From the human T2T-CHM13v2.0 reference genome, Homo sapiens, in assembly GCF_009914755.1 (NCBI RefSeq), contig NC_060933.1: a stretch of 64,000 nt of DNA. One strand, given 5' to 3'. Shown piece by piece: positions 27,301-42,500 of the stretch (its first letter is position 1; every line of letters starts with the position of its first letter). The translations under genes were made by a program, and so were the position numbers. The notes beneath the pieces are model-generated. The model was not told where the DNA came from. It worked only from the letters and a program-made list of their open reading frames with translations, and ran no database searches.

Positions 27301-30300
27301 AATGGAATGGAACGGAAAGGAATGGAATGGAATGGAATGGAATGGAATGGAATGGAATCAACGCGAGTGCAGGGGAATGGAATGGAATGGAATGCAATGG
27401 AATGGAATCTTCCGGAATGGAATGGAATGGAATGGTATGGAATCAACCCGAGTGCAATGGAATGGAGTGAAATGGAATGGAATGGAATGGAACAACCCGA
27501 AAGGAATCGAATGTAATGGAGAGTAAGGGAGTTGAATAGAATCAATCCGAATGTAATGGAATGGAATGGAACGGAATGGAATTGAATGGAATGGAATGGA
27601 ATGCATTGGAATGGAATCAACCCGAGTGCAATGGAATGGAGAGGAATGGAATGGAATGGAATGGAAACTACCCGAATGGAATGGAATGTAATGGAGTGTA
27701 AGGGAATTGAATAGAATCAATCCGAATGTAATGGAATGGAATGGAACGGAATGGAATGGAATGGAATGGAATGGAATGGAATGCAATGCAATGGAATGGA
27801 ATCAACCCGAGTACAATGGAATGGAATGGAATGGAATGGAATGGAATGGAATGGAATGGAATGCCTTCAAACCGAATGGAATGGAAAGGAATGGAATCAA
27901 CACGAATGGAATGGAATGGAATGGAATGGAATGGAATGGAATGATACGGAATAGAATGGAATGGAACGAAATGGAATGGAATGGAATGGAATGGAATGGA
28001 ATGGAATGGAATGGAATGGAATCGTTCCGAGTGGAATAGGAGGGAATGTATTCGAGTGGAATGGAAAGGAATGGAATCAACCAGAGTGGAATGGAAGGGA
28101 ATGGAATGGAATGGAAACTAATAGAATGGAATCAACCCGAGTGGAATGGAATGGAAAAGACTGGAATGGAAAGGAACGGAATGGAATGGAATGGAATGGA
28201 ATGGAATGGAATGGAATGGAATGGAATGGAATCAACGCGAGTGCAGGGGAATGGAATGGAATCGAATGGAATGGAATGGAATGGAATCAACCCGAGTGCA
28301 GGGGAATGTAATGGAACGGAATGCAATGGACTGGAATCATCCGGAATGGAATGCAATGGAATGGAATGGAATCAACCCGAGTGCAAAGGAATGGAGTGGA
28401 ATGGAATGGAATGGAATGGAACAACCCGAATAGAATGGAATGTAATGGAGAGTAAGGGAGTTGAAAAGAATCAATCCGAATGTAATGGAATGGAATGGAA
28501 CGGAATGGAATGGAATGGAATGGAATGGAATGGAATGCAATGGAATGGAATCAACCCGAGTACAATGGAATGGAATGGAATGGAATGGAATGGAATGGAA
28601 TGGAATGGAATGCAATGGAATGGAATCTTCCGGAATGGAATGGAATGGAATGGAATGGAATGGAATGGAATGCAATGGAATGGAATCTTCCGGAATGGAA
28701 TGGAATGGAATGGAATGGAATGCAATGGATTCAAATCGATTGCAATGGAATGGAATAGAATGGAATGGAATGGAATGGAATGGAATGGAATGGAATGGAA
28801 TTAAACCGAATAGAATGGAATGGAATGGAATGGAACGGAATGGAACGGAACGGAACGGAACGGAGTGGAATGGAATGGAATGGAATTGTATGCAATGGAA
28901 TTGAATGGTACGGAATAGAATGGAATGGAAAGAATTGGAATGGAATGGAATCGAATGGAATGGAATGGAATGGAATGGAATCAACCCGAGTGCAGGGGAA
29001 TGTAATGGAACGGAATGCAATGGAATGGAATCATCCGGAATGGAATGGAATGGAATGGAATGGAATGGAATGGAATGGAATGGAATGGAATCAATCCGAG
29101 TGCAATGGAATGGAGTGGAATGGAATGGAATGGAATGGAACAACCCGAATGGAATGGAATGTAATGGAGAGTAAGTGAGTTGAATAGAATCAATCCGAAT
29201 GAAATGGAATGGAATGCAACGGAATGGAATGGAATGGAATGGAATGGAATGGAATGCAATGGAATGGAATCAACCCGAGTACAATGGAATGGAATGGACT
29301 GGAATGGAATGGAATGGAATGGAATGGAATGCCTTCAAACCGAATGGAATGGAAAGGAATGAAATCAAAACGAGTGGAATGGAATGGAATGGAATGGAAT
29401 GGAATGGAATGGAATGATACGGAATAGAATGGAATGGAACGAAATGGAATGGAATGGAATGGAATGGAATGGAATGGAATCGTTCCGAGTGGAATAGGAG
29501 GGAATGTATTCGAGTGGAATGGAAAGGAATGGAATCAACCAGAGTGGAATGGAAGGGAATGGAATGGAATGGAAACTAATAGAATGGAATCAACCCGAGT
29601 GGAATGGAATGGAAAGGACTGGAATGGAAAGGAATGGAATGGAATGGAATGGAATGGAATGGAATGGAATGGAATGGAATCAACGCGAGTGCAGGGGAAT
29701 GGAATGGAATGGAATGGAATGGAATGGAATGGAATTTAATCAACCCGAGTGCAGGGGAATGTAATGGAACGGAATGCAATGGAATGGAATCATCCGGAAT
29801 GGAATGCAATGGAATGGAATGGAATCAACCCGAGTGCAATGGAATTGAGTGGAATGGAATGGAATTGCATGGAACAATCCGAATGGAATGGAATGTAATG
29901 GAGAGTAAGGGAGTTGAAAAGAATCAATCCGAATGTAATGGAATGGAACGGAATGGAATGGAATGGAATGGAATGGAATGGAATGGAATGGAATGGAATG
30001 GAATGCAATGGAATGGAATCAACCCGAGTACAATGGAATGGAATGGAATGGAATGGAATGGAATGGAATGGAATGGAATGGAAAGATACGGAATAGAATG
30101 GAATGGAACGAAATGGAATGGAATGGAATGGAATGGAATGGAATGGAATGGAATCGTTCCGAGTGGAATAGGAGGGAATGTATTCGAGTGGAATGGAAAG
30201 GAATGGAATCAACCAGAGTGGAATGGAAGGCAATGGAATGGAATGGAAACTAATAGAATGGAATCAACCCGAGTGGAATGGAATGGAAAGGAATGGAATG

Positions 30301-30504
30301 GAATGGAATGGAATGGAATCAACTCGATTGTAATGGAATGGAATGGAATGGAATGGAATGGAATGGAATGGAATGGAATGGAATCAACCCGAGTGCAATG
30401 GAATGGAGTGGAATGGAATGGAATGGAATGGAACAACCTGAATGGAATGGAATGGAATGGAGAGTAAGGGAGTTGAATAGAATCAATCCGCATGTAATGG
30501 AATT
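11412..30504 (+). repeat. 19,093 bp tandem duplication, copy 1
   Basis: ORFs from 11476 to 30319 recur with the same length and translation at +19093, apart from those crossing the junction. Confidence 0.93.
22040..23760 (+). repeat. More divergent HSat3 sub-block (also at +19093 and +34227)
   Basis: Contains motifs not seen outside this block and its copies: aatcaatcattccgagtgg (~22232, ~23094), gagtggaaagaaggtaat, gagtggaaaaaaggg, aaacaaccagaatggattggaataaag. Confidence 0.75.
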
Positions 30505-33500
30505 GAATGGAACGGAATGGAATTGAATGGAATGGAATGGAATGCAATGGAATGGAATCAACCCGAGTTCAATGGAATAGAGAGGAATGGAATGGAATGG
30601 AATGGAAACTACCCGAATGGAATGGAATGTAGTGGAGTGTAAGGGAATTGAATAGAATCAATCCGAATGTAATGGAATGGAATGGAAAGGAATGGAATGG
30701 AATGGAATGGAATGGAATGGAATGGAATGGAATGCAATGGAATGGAATCAACCCGAGTGCAACCGAATGGAATCGAATGGAATGGAATGCAATGGAATGG
30801 ATTCAACTTGAATGGAATGGAAAGAATGGAATCAACACGTGTGGAATTGCATGGATTCGAATGGAATGGAATGGAATCAACCCGAGTACAGGGGAATGGA
30901 ATGGAATGGAATGCAATGGAATGGAATCATCCGTAATGGAATGGAAAGGAATGGAATGGAATGGAATGGAATGGAATGGAATGGAATAGAATGGAATCAA
31001 CTCGATTGCAATCGAATGGAATGGAATGGAATTAACCCGAATAGAATGGAGTGGAATGGAATGGAACGGAACGGAATGGCATGGAATGGAATGGAATGGA
31101 ACGGAAAGGGAGGGATTGGAATGGAATATAATGGAATGGAATCAACTCGATTGCAATGGAATGGAATGGAATGGAATTAACCCGAATAGAATTGAATGGA
31201 ATGGAATGGAACGGAACGGAACGGAATGGAATGGATTGGAATGGAATGGAATGGAATGGAATGGAACGGAAAGGAATGGAATGGAATGGAATGGAATGGA
31301 ATGGAATGGAATCAACGCGAGTGCAGGGGAATGGAATGGAATGGAATGCAATGGAATGGAATTTTCCGGAATGGAATGGAATGGAATGGTATGGAATCAA
31401 CCCGAGTGCAATGGAATGGAGTGAAATGGAATGGAATGGAATGGAACAACCCGAAAGGAATCGAATGTAATGGAGAGTAAGGGAGTTGAATAGAATCAAT
31501 CCGAATGTAATGGAATGGAATGGAACGGAATGGAATTGAATGGAATGGAATGGAATGCATTGGAATGGAATCAACCCGAGTGCAATGGAATGGAGAGGAA
31601 TGGAATGGAATGGAATGGAAACTACCCGAATGGAATGGAATGTAATGGAGTGTAAGGGAATTGAATAGAATCAATCCGAATGTAATGGAATGGAATGGAA
31701 CGGAATGGAATGGAATGGAATGGAATGGAATGGAATGCAATGCAATGGAATGGAATCAACCCGAGTACAATGGAATGGAATGGAATTTAATGGAATGGAA
31801 TGGAATGGAATGGAATGCCTTCAAACCGAATGGAATGGAAAGGAATGGAATCAACACGAATGGAATGGAATGGAATGGAATGGAATGGAATGGAATGATA
31901 CGGAATAGAATGGAATGGAACGAAATGGAATGGAATGGAATGGAATGGAATGGAATGGAATGGAATGGAATCGTTCCGAGTGGAATAGGAGGGAATGTAT
32001 TCGAGTGGAATGGAAAGGAATGGAATCAACCAGAGTGGAATGGAAGGGAATGGAATGGAATGGAAACTAATAGAATGGAATCAACCCGAGTGGAATGGAA
32101 TGGAAAAGACTGGAATGGAAAGGAACGGAATGGAATGGAATGGAATGGAATGGAATGGAATGGAATGGAATGGAATGGAATCAACGCGAGTGCAGGGGAA
32201 TGGAATGGAATCGAATGGAATGGAATGGAATGGAATCAACCCGAGTGCAGGGGAATGTAATGGAACGGAATGCAATGGACTGGAATCATCCGGAATGGAA
32301 TGCAATGGAATGGAATGGAATCAACCCGAGTGCAAAGGAATGGAGTGGAATGGAATGGAATGGAATGGAACAACCCGAATAGAATGGAATGTAATGGAGA
32401 GTAAGGGAGTTGAAAAGAATCAATCCGAATGTAATGGAATGGAATGGAACGGAATGGAATGGAATGGAATGGAATGGAATGGAATGCAATGGAATGGAAT
32501 CAACCCGAGTACAATGGAATGGAATGGAATGGAATGGAATGGAATGGAATGGAATGGAATGCAATGGAATGGAATCTTCCGGAATGGAATGGAATGGAAT
32601 GGAATGGAATGGAATGGAATGCAATGGAATGGAATCTTCCGGAATGGAATGGAATGGAATGGAATGGAATGCAATGGATTCAAATCGATTGCAATGGAAT
32701 GGAATAGAATGGAATGGAATGGAATGGAATGGAATGGAATGGAATGGAATTAAACCGAATAGAATGGAATGGAATGGAATGGAACGGAATGGAACGGAAC
32801 GGAACGGAACGGAGTGGAATGGAATGGAATGGAATTGTATGCAATGGAATTGAATGGTACGGAATAGAATGGAATGGAAAGAATTGGAATGGAATGGAAT
32901 CGAATGGAATGGAATGGAATGGAATGGAATCAACCCGAGTGCAGGGGAATGTAATGGAACGGAATGCAATGGAATGGAATCATCCGGAATGGAATGGAAT
33001 GGAATGGAATGGAATGGAATGGAATGGAATGGAATGGAATGGAATCAATCCGAGTGCAATGGAATGGAGTGGAATGGAATGGAATGGAATGGAACAACCC
33101 GAATGGAATGGAATGTAATGGAGAGTAAGTGAGTTGAATAGAATCAATCCGAATGAAATGGAATGGAATGCAACGGAATGGAATGGAATGGAATGGAATG
33201 GAATGGAATGCAATGGAATGGAATCAACCCGAGTACAATGGAATGGAATGGACTGGAATGGAATGGAATGGAATGGAATGGAATGCCTTCAAACCGAATG
33301 GAATGGAAAGGAATGAAATCAAAACGAGTGGAATGGAATGGAATGGAATGGAATGGAATGGAATGGAATGATACGGAATAGAATGGAATGGAACGAAATG
33401 GAATGGAATGGAATGGAATGGAATGGAATGGAATCGTTCCGAGTGGAATAGGAGGGAATGTATTCGAGTGGAATGGAAAGGAATGGAATCAACCAGAGTG

Positions 33501-36500
33501 GAATGGAAGGGAATGGAATGGAATGGAAACTAATAGAATGGAATCAACCCGAGTGGAATGGAATGGAAAGGACTGGAATGGAAAGGAATGGAATGGAATG
33601 GAATGGAATGGAATGGAATGGAATGGAATGGAATCAACGCGAGTGCAGGGAAATGGAATGGAATGGAATGGAATGGAATGGAATGGAATTTAATCAACCC
33701 GAGTGCAGGGGAATGTAATGGAACGGAATGCAATGGAATGGAATCATCCGGAATGGAATGCAATGGAATGGAATGGAATCAACCCGAGTGCAATGGAATT
33801 GAGTGGAATGGAATGGAATTGCATGGAACAATCCGAATGGAATGGAATGTAATGGAGAGTAAGGGAGTTGAAAAGAATCAATCCGAATGTAATGGAATGG
33901 AACGGAATGGAATGGAATGGAATGGAATGGAATGGAATGGAATGGAATGGAATGGAATGCAATGGAATGGAATCAACCCGAGTACAATGGAATGGAATGG
34001 AATGGAATGGAATGGAATGGAATGGAATGGAATGGAAAGATACGGAATAGAATGGAATGGAACGAAATGGAATGGAATGCAATGGAATGGAATGGAATGG
34101 AATGGAATCGTTCCGAGTGGAATAGGAGGGAATGTATTCGAGTGGAATGGAAAGGAATGGAATCAACCAGAGTGGAATGGAAGGCAATGGAATGGAATGG
34201 AAACTAATAGAATGGAATCAACCCGAGTGGAATGGAATGGAAAGGAATGGAATGGAATGGAATGGAATGGAATCAACTCGATTGTAATGGAATGGAATGG
34301 AATGGAATGGAATGGAATGGAATGGAATGGAATGGAATCAACCCGAGTGCAATGGAATGGAGTGGAATGGAATGGAATGGAATGGAACAACCTGAATGGA
34401 ATGGAATGGAATGGAGAGTAAGGGAGTTGAATAGAATCAATCCGCATGTAATGGAATTGAATGGAACGGAATGGAATTGAATGGAATGGAATGGAATGCA
34501 ATGGAATGGAATCAACCCGAGTGCAATGGAATGGAGAGGAATGGAATGGAATGGAATGGAAACTACCCGAATGGAATGGAATGTAATGCAGTGTAAGGGA
34601 ATTGAATAGAATCAATCCGAATGTAATGGAATGGAATGTAATGGAATGGAATGGAATGGAATGGAATGGAATGGAATGGAATTGAATGGAATGGAATGCA
34701 ATGGAATGGAATCAACCCGAGTGCAATCGAATGGAATCAAATTGAATGGAATGCAATGGAATGGATTCAACTTGAATGGAATGGAAAGAATGGAATCAAC
34801 ACGAGTGGAATGGCATGGATTGGAATGGAATGGAATGGAATCAACCCGAGTACAGGGGAATGGAATGGAATGGAATGCAATGGAATGGAATCATCCGTAA
34901 TGGAATGGAAAGGAATGGAATGGAATGGAATGGAATGGAATTGAATGGAATCAACTCGATTGCAATCGAATGGAATGGAATGGAATTAACCCGAATAGAA
35001 TGGAATGGAATGGAATGGAACGGAACGGAATGGAATGGAATGGAATGGAATGGAATGGAATGGAATGCAATGGAATGGAATGGAATGGAATGGAATGGAA
35101 TGGAATGGAATGGTATGGAATGGAATGGAATGGTACGGAATAGAATGGAATCCAACGAATTGTAATGGAATGGAATTGAATGGAATGGAATGGAATGGAA
35201 TGAACGCGAGTGCAGGGGAATGTAATGGAACGGAATGCAATGGAATGGAATCATCCGGAATGGAATGGAATGGAATGGAATGGAATGGAATCAACCCTAG
35301 TGCAATGGAATGGAGTGGAATGGAATGGAATGGAATGGAACAACCCGTATGGAATGGAATGTAATGGAGAGTAAGGGCTTTGAATAGAATCAATCCGAAT
35401 GTAATGGAATGGAATGCAAGGGAATGGAATGGAATGGAATGGAATGGAATGCAATGGAATGGAATCAACCCGAGTACAATGGAAAGGAATGGAATGGAAT
35501 GGAATGGAATGCAATGGAATGGAATCTTCCGGAATGGAAAGGAATGGAATGGAATGGAATGGAATGGAATGCAATGGATTCAACTCGATTCCAATGGAAT
35601 GGAATAGAATGGAATGGAATGGAATGGAATGGAATTAAACCGAATAGAATGGAACGGAATGGAACGGAACTGAACGGAACGGAACGGAGTGGAATTGAAT
35701 GGAATGGAATTGTATGGAATGGAATGGAATGGTAGGGAATAGAATGGAATGGAATGAATTGGAATGGAATGGAATCGAATGGAATGGAATGGAATGGAAT
35801 GGAATCAACCCGAGTGCAGGGGAATGTAATGGAACGGAATGCAATGGAATGGAATCATCCGGAATGGAATGGAATGGAATGGAATGGAATGGAATGGAAT
35901 GGAATCAACCCGAGTGCAATGGAATGGAGTGGAATGGAATGGAATGGAATGGAATAGAATCAACTCGATTGGAATGGAATGGAATGGAATGGAATTAACC
36001 CGAATAGAATGGAATGGAATGGAATGGAACGGAACGGAACGGAACGGAATGGAATGGAATGGAATGGAATGGAATGGAACGGAAAGGAATGGAATGGAAT
36101 GGAATGGAATGGAATGGAATGGAATCAACCCGACTGCAGGGGAATGGAATGGAATGGAAAGCAATGGAATGGATTCAACTTGAATGGAATGGAAAGAATG
36201 GAATCAACACGAGTGGAATGCCATGGATTGGAATGGAATGGAATGGAATCAACCCGAGTACAGGGGAAAGGAATGGAATGGAATGCAATGGAATGCAATC
36301 ATCCGTAATGGAATGGAAAGGTATGGAATGGAATGGAATGGAATGGAATGGAATGGAATGGCATGGAATCAACTCGATTGCAATCGAATGGAATGGAATG
36401 GAATTAACCCGAATAGAATGGAATGGAATGGAATGGAACGGAACGGAACGGAATGGAATGGAATGGAATGGAATGGAATGGAACGGAAAGGAATGGAATG

Positions 36501-39500
36501 GAATGGAATGGAATGGAATGGAATGGAATGGAATGGAATGGAATCAACGTGAGTGCAGGGGAATGGAATGGAATGGAATGCAATGGAATGGAATCTTCAG
36601 GAATGGAATGGAATGGAATGGAATGGAATGGAATGGAATGGAATCAACTCGATTGCAATCGAATGGAATGGAATGGAATTAACCCGAATAGAATGGAATG
36701 GAATGGAATGGAACGGAACGGAATGGAATGGAATGGAATGGAATGGAATGGAACGGAACGGAACGGAATGGAATGGAATGGAATGGAATGGAATGGAATG
36801 GAATGGAATCAACGCGAGTGCAGGGGAATGGAATGGAATGGAATGCAATGGAATGGAATCTTCCGGAATGGAATGGAATGGAATGAAATGCAATGGATTC
36901 AACTCGATTGCAATGAAATGGAATAGAATGGAATAGAATGGAATGGAATGGAATGGAATGGAATGGAATGGAATGGAATTAACCCGAATAGAATGGAATG
37001 GAATGGAATGGAACGGAATGGAACGGAATGGAATGGAATGGAATGCAATGGAATGATATGGAATGGAATGGAATGGTATGGAATAGAATGGAATGGAACG
37101 AATTGTAATGGAACGGAATTGAATGGAATGGAATGGAATCAACGCGAGTTTAGGGGAATGTAATGGAACGGAATGCAATGGAATGGAATCATCCGTAATG
37201 GAATGGAATGGAATGGAATGGAATGGAATGGAATCAACCCGAGAGCAATGGAATGGAGTGGAATGGAATGGAATGGAATGGAACAACCCGAATGGAATGG
37301 AATGTAATGGAGAGTAAGGGAGTTGAATAGAATCAATCCGAATGTAATGGAATGGAATGCAACGGAATGGAATGGAATGGAATGGAATGGAATGCAATGG
37401 AATGGAATCAACCCGAGTACAATGAAATGGAATGGAATGGAATGGAATGGAATGGAATGGAACGGAATGGAATGGAATGCCTTCAAACCGAATGGAATGG
37501 AAAGGAATGGAATCAACACGAGTGGAATGCAATGGAATGGAAAGGAATGGAATGGAATGGAATGGTATGGAATAGAATGGAATGGAACAAAATGGAATGG
37601 AATGGAATGGAATGGAATGGAATGGAATGGAATGGAATGGAATGATACGGAATAGAATGGAATGGAACAAAATGGAATGGAATGGAATGGAATGGAATGG
37701 AATGGAATGGAATGGAATGGAATAAACCAGAGTGGAATGGAAGGGAATGGAATGGAATGGAAACTAATAGAATGGAATCAACCCGAGTGGAATGGAATGG
37801 AAAGGACTGGAATGGAAAGGAATGGAATGGAATGGAATGGAATGGAATAGAATGGAATGGAATGCAATGGAATCGTTCCGAGTGGAATAGGAGGGAATGT
37901 ATTCGAGTGGAATGGAAAGGAATGGAATCAACCAGAGTGGAATGGAAGGGAATGGAATGGAATGGAAAATAATAGAATGGAATCAACCCGAGTGGAATGG
38001 AATAGAAAGGACTGGAATGGAAAGGAATGGAATGGAATGGAATGGAATGGAATGGAATGGAATGGAATGGAATGGAATCAACGCGAGTGCAGGGGAATGG
38101 AATGGAATCGAATGGAATGGAATGGAATGGAATGGATTCAACCCGAGTGCAGGGGAATGTAATGAAACGGAATGCAATGGAATGGATTCATCCGGAATGG
38201 AAAGGAATGGAATGGAATGGAATCAACCCGAGTGCAATGGAATGGAGTGGAATGGAATGGAATGGAATGGAAAAACCCGAATGGAATGGAATGTAATGGA
38301 GATTAAGGGAGTTGAAAAGAATCAATCCGAATGTAATGGAATGGAATGGAACGGAATGGAATGGAATGGAATGGAATGGAATGGAATGCAATGTAATGGA
38401 AGCAACACGAGTACAATGGAATGGAATGGAATGGAATGGAATGGAATGGAATGGAATGGAATGCAATGGAATGGAATCTTCCGGAATGGAATGGAATGGA
38501 ATGGAATGGAATGGAATGGAATGGAATGGAATGGAATGCAATGCATTCATCTCGATTGCCATGGAATGGAATAGAATGCAATGGAATGGAATGGAATGGA
38601 ATTAAACCGAATAGAATGGAATGGAATGGAATGGAACGGAACGGAAAGGAAAGGAAGGGAATGGAATGGAATAGAATGGAATGGAATGGAATGGAATGGA
38701 ATGGAATTAAACCGAATAGAATGGAATGGAATGGAATGGAATGGAATGGAACGGAAAGGAAGGGAATGGAATGGAATAGAATGGAATGGAATGGAATCAA
38801 CGCGAGTGCAGGGGAATGGAATGGAATGGAATGCAATGGAATGGAATCTTCCGGAATGGAATGGAATGGAATGGAATGGAATGGAATGGAATGGAATTAA
38901 CCCGAGTGCAATCGAATGGAGTGGAATGGAATGGAATGGAATGGAACAACCCGAATGGAGTGGAATGTAATGGAGAGTAAGGGAGTTGAATACAATCAAT
39001 CCGAATGTAATGGAATGGAATGCAACGGAATGGAATTGAATGGAATGGAATGGAATGCAATGGAATGGAATCAACCCGAGTGCAATGGAATGGAGAGGAA
39101 TGGAATGGAATGGAATGGAAACTACCCGAATGGAATGGAATTAAATGTAATGGAGTGTAAGGGAATTGAATAGAATGAATCCGAATGTAATGGAATGGAA
39201 TGGAACGGAATGGAATGGAATGGAATGGAATGGAATGGAATGGAATGCAATGGAATGGAATCAACCCGAGTGCAATCGAATGGAATCGAATGGAATGGAA
39301 TGCAATGGAATGGATTCAACTTGAATGGAATGGAAAGAATGGACTCAACACGAGTGGAATGGCATGGATTGGAATGGAATGGAATGGAATCAACCCGAGT
39401 ACAGGGGAATGGAATGGAATGGAATGCAATGGAATGGAATCATCTGTAATGGAATGGAAAGGAATGGAATGGAATGGAATGGAATGGAATCAACTCGATT

Positions 39501-42500
39501 GTAATGGAATGGAATGGAATGGAATGGAATGGAATTAACCCGAATACAATGCAATGGAATGGGATGGAACGGAATGGAGTGGAATGGAATGGAATCAACC
39601 CGAGTGCAGGGGAATGGAATGGAATGGAATGCAATGGAAAGGAATCATCCGGAATGGAATGGAATGGAATGGAATGCAAAGCAATGGAATCAACTCGATA
39701 GCAATGGAATGGAATGGAATGGAAAGGAATACATTGGAATCAACCCGAGTGGAAAGGAATGGAAAGGACTGGAATGGAGTGGAATGGAATGGAATGGAAT
39801 GGAATGGAAAGGAATCAACTTGATTGGAATGGAATGGAATGGAATGGAATGGAATCAACGCGAGTGCAGGGGAATGGAATGGAATGGAATGCAATGGAAT
39901 GGAATCTTCCGGAATGGAATGGAATTGAATGGAATGGAATGGAATGGAATGGAATAAACCTGAGTGCAATGGAATGGAGTGGAATGCAATGGAATGGAAT
40001 GGAACAACCCGAATGGAATGGAATGTAATGGAGACTAAGGGAGTTGAATAGAATCAATCCGAATGTAATGGAATGGAATGGAACGGAATGGAATTGAATG
40101 GAATGGAATGGGATGCAATGGAATGGAATCAACCCGAGTGCAATCGAATGGAATCGAATGGAATGGAATGCAATGGAATGGATTCAACTTGAATGGAATG
40201 GAAAGAATGGAATCAACACGAGTGGAAGGGCATGGATTGGAATGCAATGGAATGGAATCAACCCGAGTACAGGGGAATGGAATGGAATGGAATGCAATGC
40301 AATGGAATCATCCGTAATGGAATGGAAAGGAATGGAAAGGAATGGAATGGAATGGAATGGAATGGAATCAACACGATTGCAATCGAATGGAATGGAATGG
40401 AATTAACCCGAATAGAATGGAATGGAATGGAATGGAACGGAACGGAATGGAATGGAATGGAATGGAATGGAATGGAATGGAACGGAACGGAACGGAACGG
40501 AATGGAATGGAATGGAATGGAATGGAATGGAATGGAATCGAATCAACGCGAGTGCAGGGGAATGGAATGGAATGGAATGCAATGGAATGGAATCTTCCGG
40601 AATGGAATGGAATGGAATGGAATAGAATGAAATGCAATGGATTCAACTCGATTGCAATGGAATGGAATAGAATGGAATGGAATGGAATGGAATGGAATTT
40701 ACCCGAATAGAATGGAATGGAATGGAATGGAACGGAATGGAACGGAATGGAATGGAATGGAATGGAATGGAATGGAATGGTATGGAATGGAATGGAATGG
40801 TACGGAATAGAATGGAATGGAACGAATTGTAATGGAATGGAATTGAATGGAATGGAATGGAATGGAATGGAATCAACGCGAGTGCAGGGGAATCTAATGG
40901 AACGGAATGCAATGGAATGGAATCATCCGGAATGGAATGGAATGGAATGGAATGGAATGGAATCAACCCGAGTGCAATGGAATGGAGTGGAATGGAATGG
41001 AATGGAATGGAACAACCCGAATGGAATGGAATGTAATGGAGAGTAAGGGAGTTGAATAGAATCAATCCGAATGTAATGGAATGGAATGCAACGGAATGGA
41101 ATGGAATGGAATGGAATGGAATGGAATGCAAAGGAATGGAATCAACCCGAGTGGAATGGCAAGGAATGGAATGCAATGGAATGGAAGTGAATGGAATCAA
41201 CTCGAGTGGAAAGGAATGGAATGGAATGGAAAGGAATGGAATGAAATCAACTCGAGTGCAATGGAATGGAATGGAATGGATTGGAATCGATTGCAACGGA
41301 ATGAAATGGAATGGAATGGAATGGAATCAATCATTCCGAGTGGAACGGAAGGGAAAGTAATGGAGTGGAAAGAAGGTAATGGAATCAACCCGATTGGAAT
41401 GCAAGGCAATGGAATGGAATGGAAAGGAATGGAATGGAATCAACTCGATTGCATTGGAATGGAATGGAATGGAATGGAATGGAATGGAATGGAATGGAAT
41501 GGAATGGAATGGAATGCAATGGAATGGAATCAACCCGAGTACAATGGAATGGAATGGAATGGAATGGAATGGAATGGAATGGAATGGAATGGAATGCAAT
41601 GGAATGGAATCTTCCGGAATGGAATGGAATGGAATGGAATGGAATGGAATGGAATGGAATGCAATGGATTCAACTCGATTGCAATGGAATGGAATAGAAT
41701 GGAATGGAATGGAATGGAATTAAACCGAATAGAATGGAATGGAATGGAATGGAACGGAACGGAATGGAACGGAACAGAACGGAGTGGAATGGAATGGAAT
41801 GGAATTGTATGGAATGGAATGGCATGGTACGGAATAGAATGGAATGGAAAGAATTGGAATGGAATGGAATCGAATGGAATGGAATGGAATGGAATGGAAT
41901 CAACCCGAGTGCAGGGGAATGTAATGGAACGGAATGCAATGGAATGGAATCATCCGGAATGGAATGGAATGGAATGGAATGGAATGGAATGGAATGGAAT
42001 GGAATCAACCTGAGTGCAATGGAATGGAGTGGAACGGAATGAAATGGAATGGAACAACCCGAATGGAATGGAATGTAATGGAGAGTAAGGGAGTTGAATA
42101 GAATCCATCCGAATGTAATGGAATGGAACGGAATGGAATGGAATGGAATGGAATGGAATGGAATGGAATGGAATGCAATGGAATGGAATCAATCATTCCG
42201 AGTGGAATGGAAGGGAATGTAATGGAGTGGAAAAAAGGGAATGGAATCAACCTGATTGGAATGCAAGCAATGGAATGGAATGGAAAGGAATGGAATGGAA
42301 TCAACTCGATTGCAATGGAATGGAATGGAATGGAATGGAATGGAATGGAATGTAATTAACCGGAATAGAATGGAATGCAATGGAATGGAACGGAATGGAA
42401 TGGAATGGAAGGTAATGGAATCAACACGAGTGCAGGGTAATGGAATGGAATGGAATGGAATGCAATGGAATGGAATCATCCGGAATGGAATGGAATGGAA

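Noticed and set aside
26615-34522. Apparent local 3,954 bp tandem duplication
   Set aside because: The adjacent copies differ at diagnostic sites and each matches a copy 19,093 bp away, so it is a by-product of the larger duplication.
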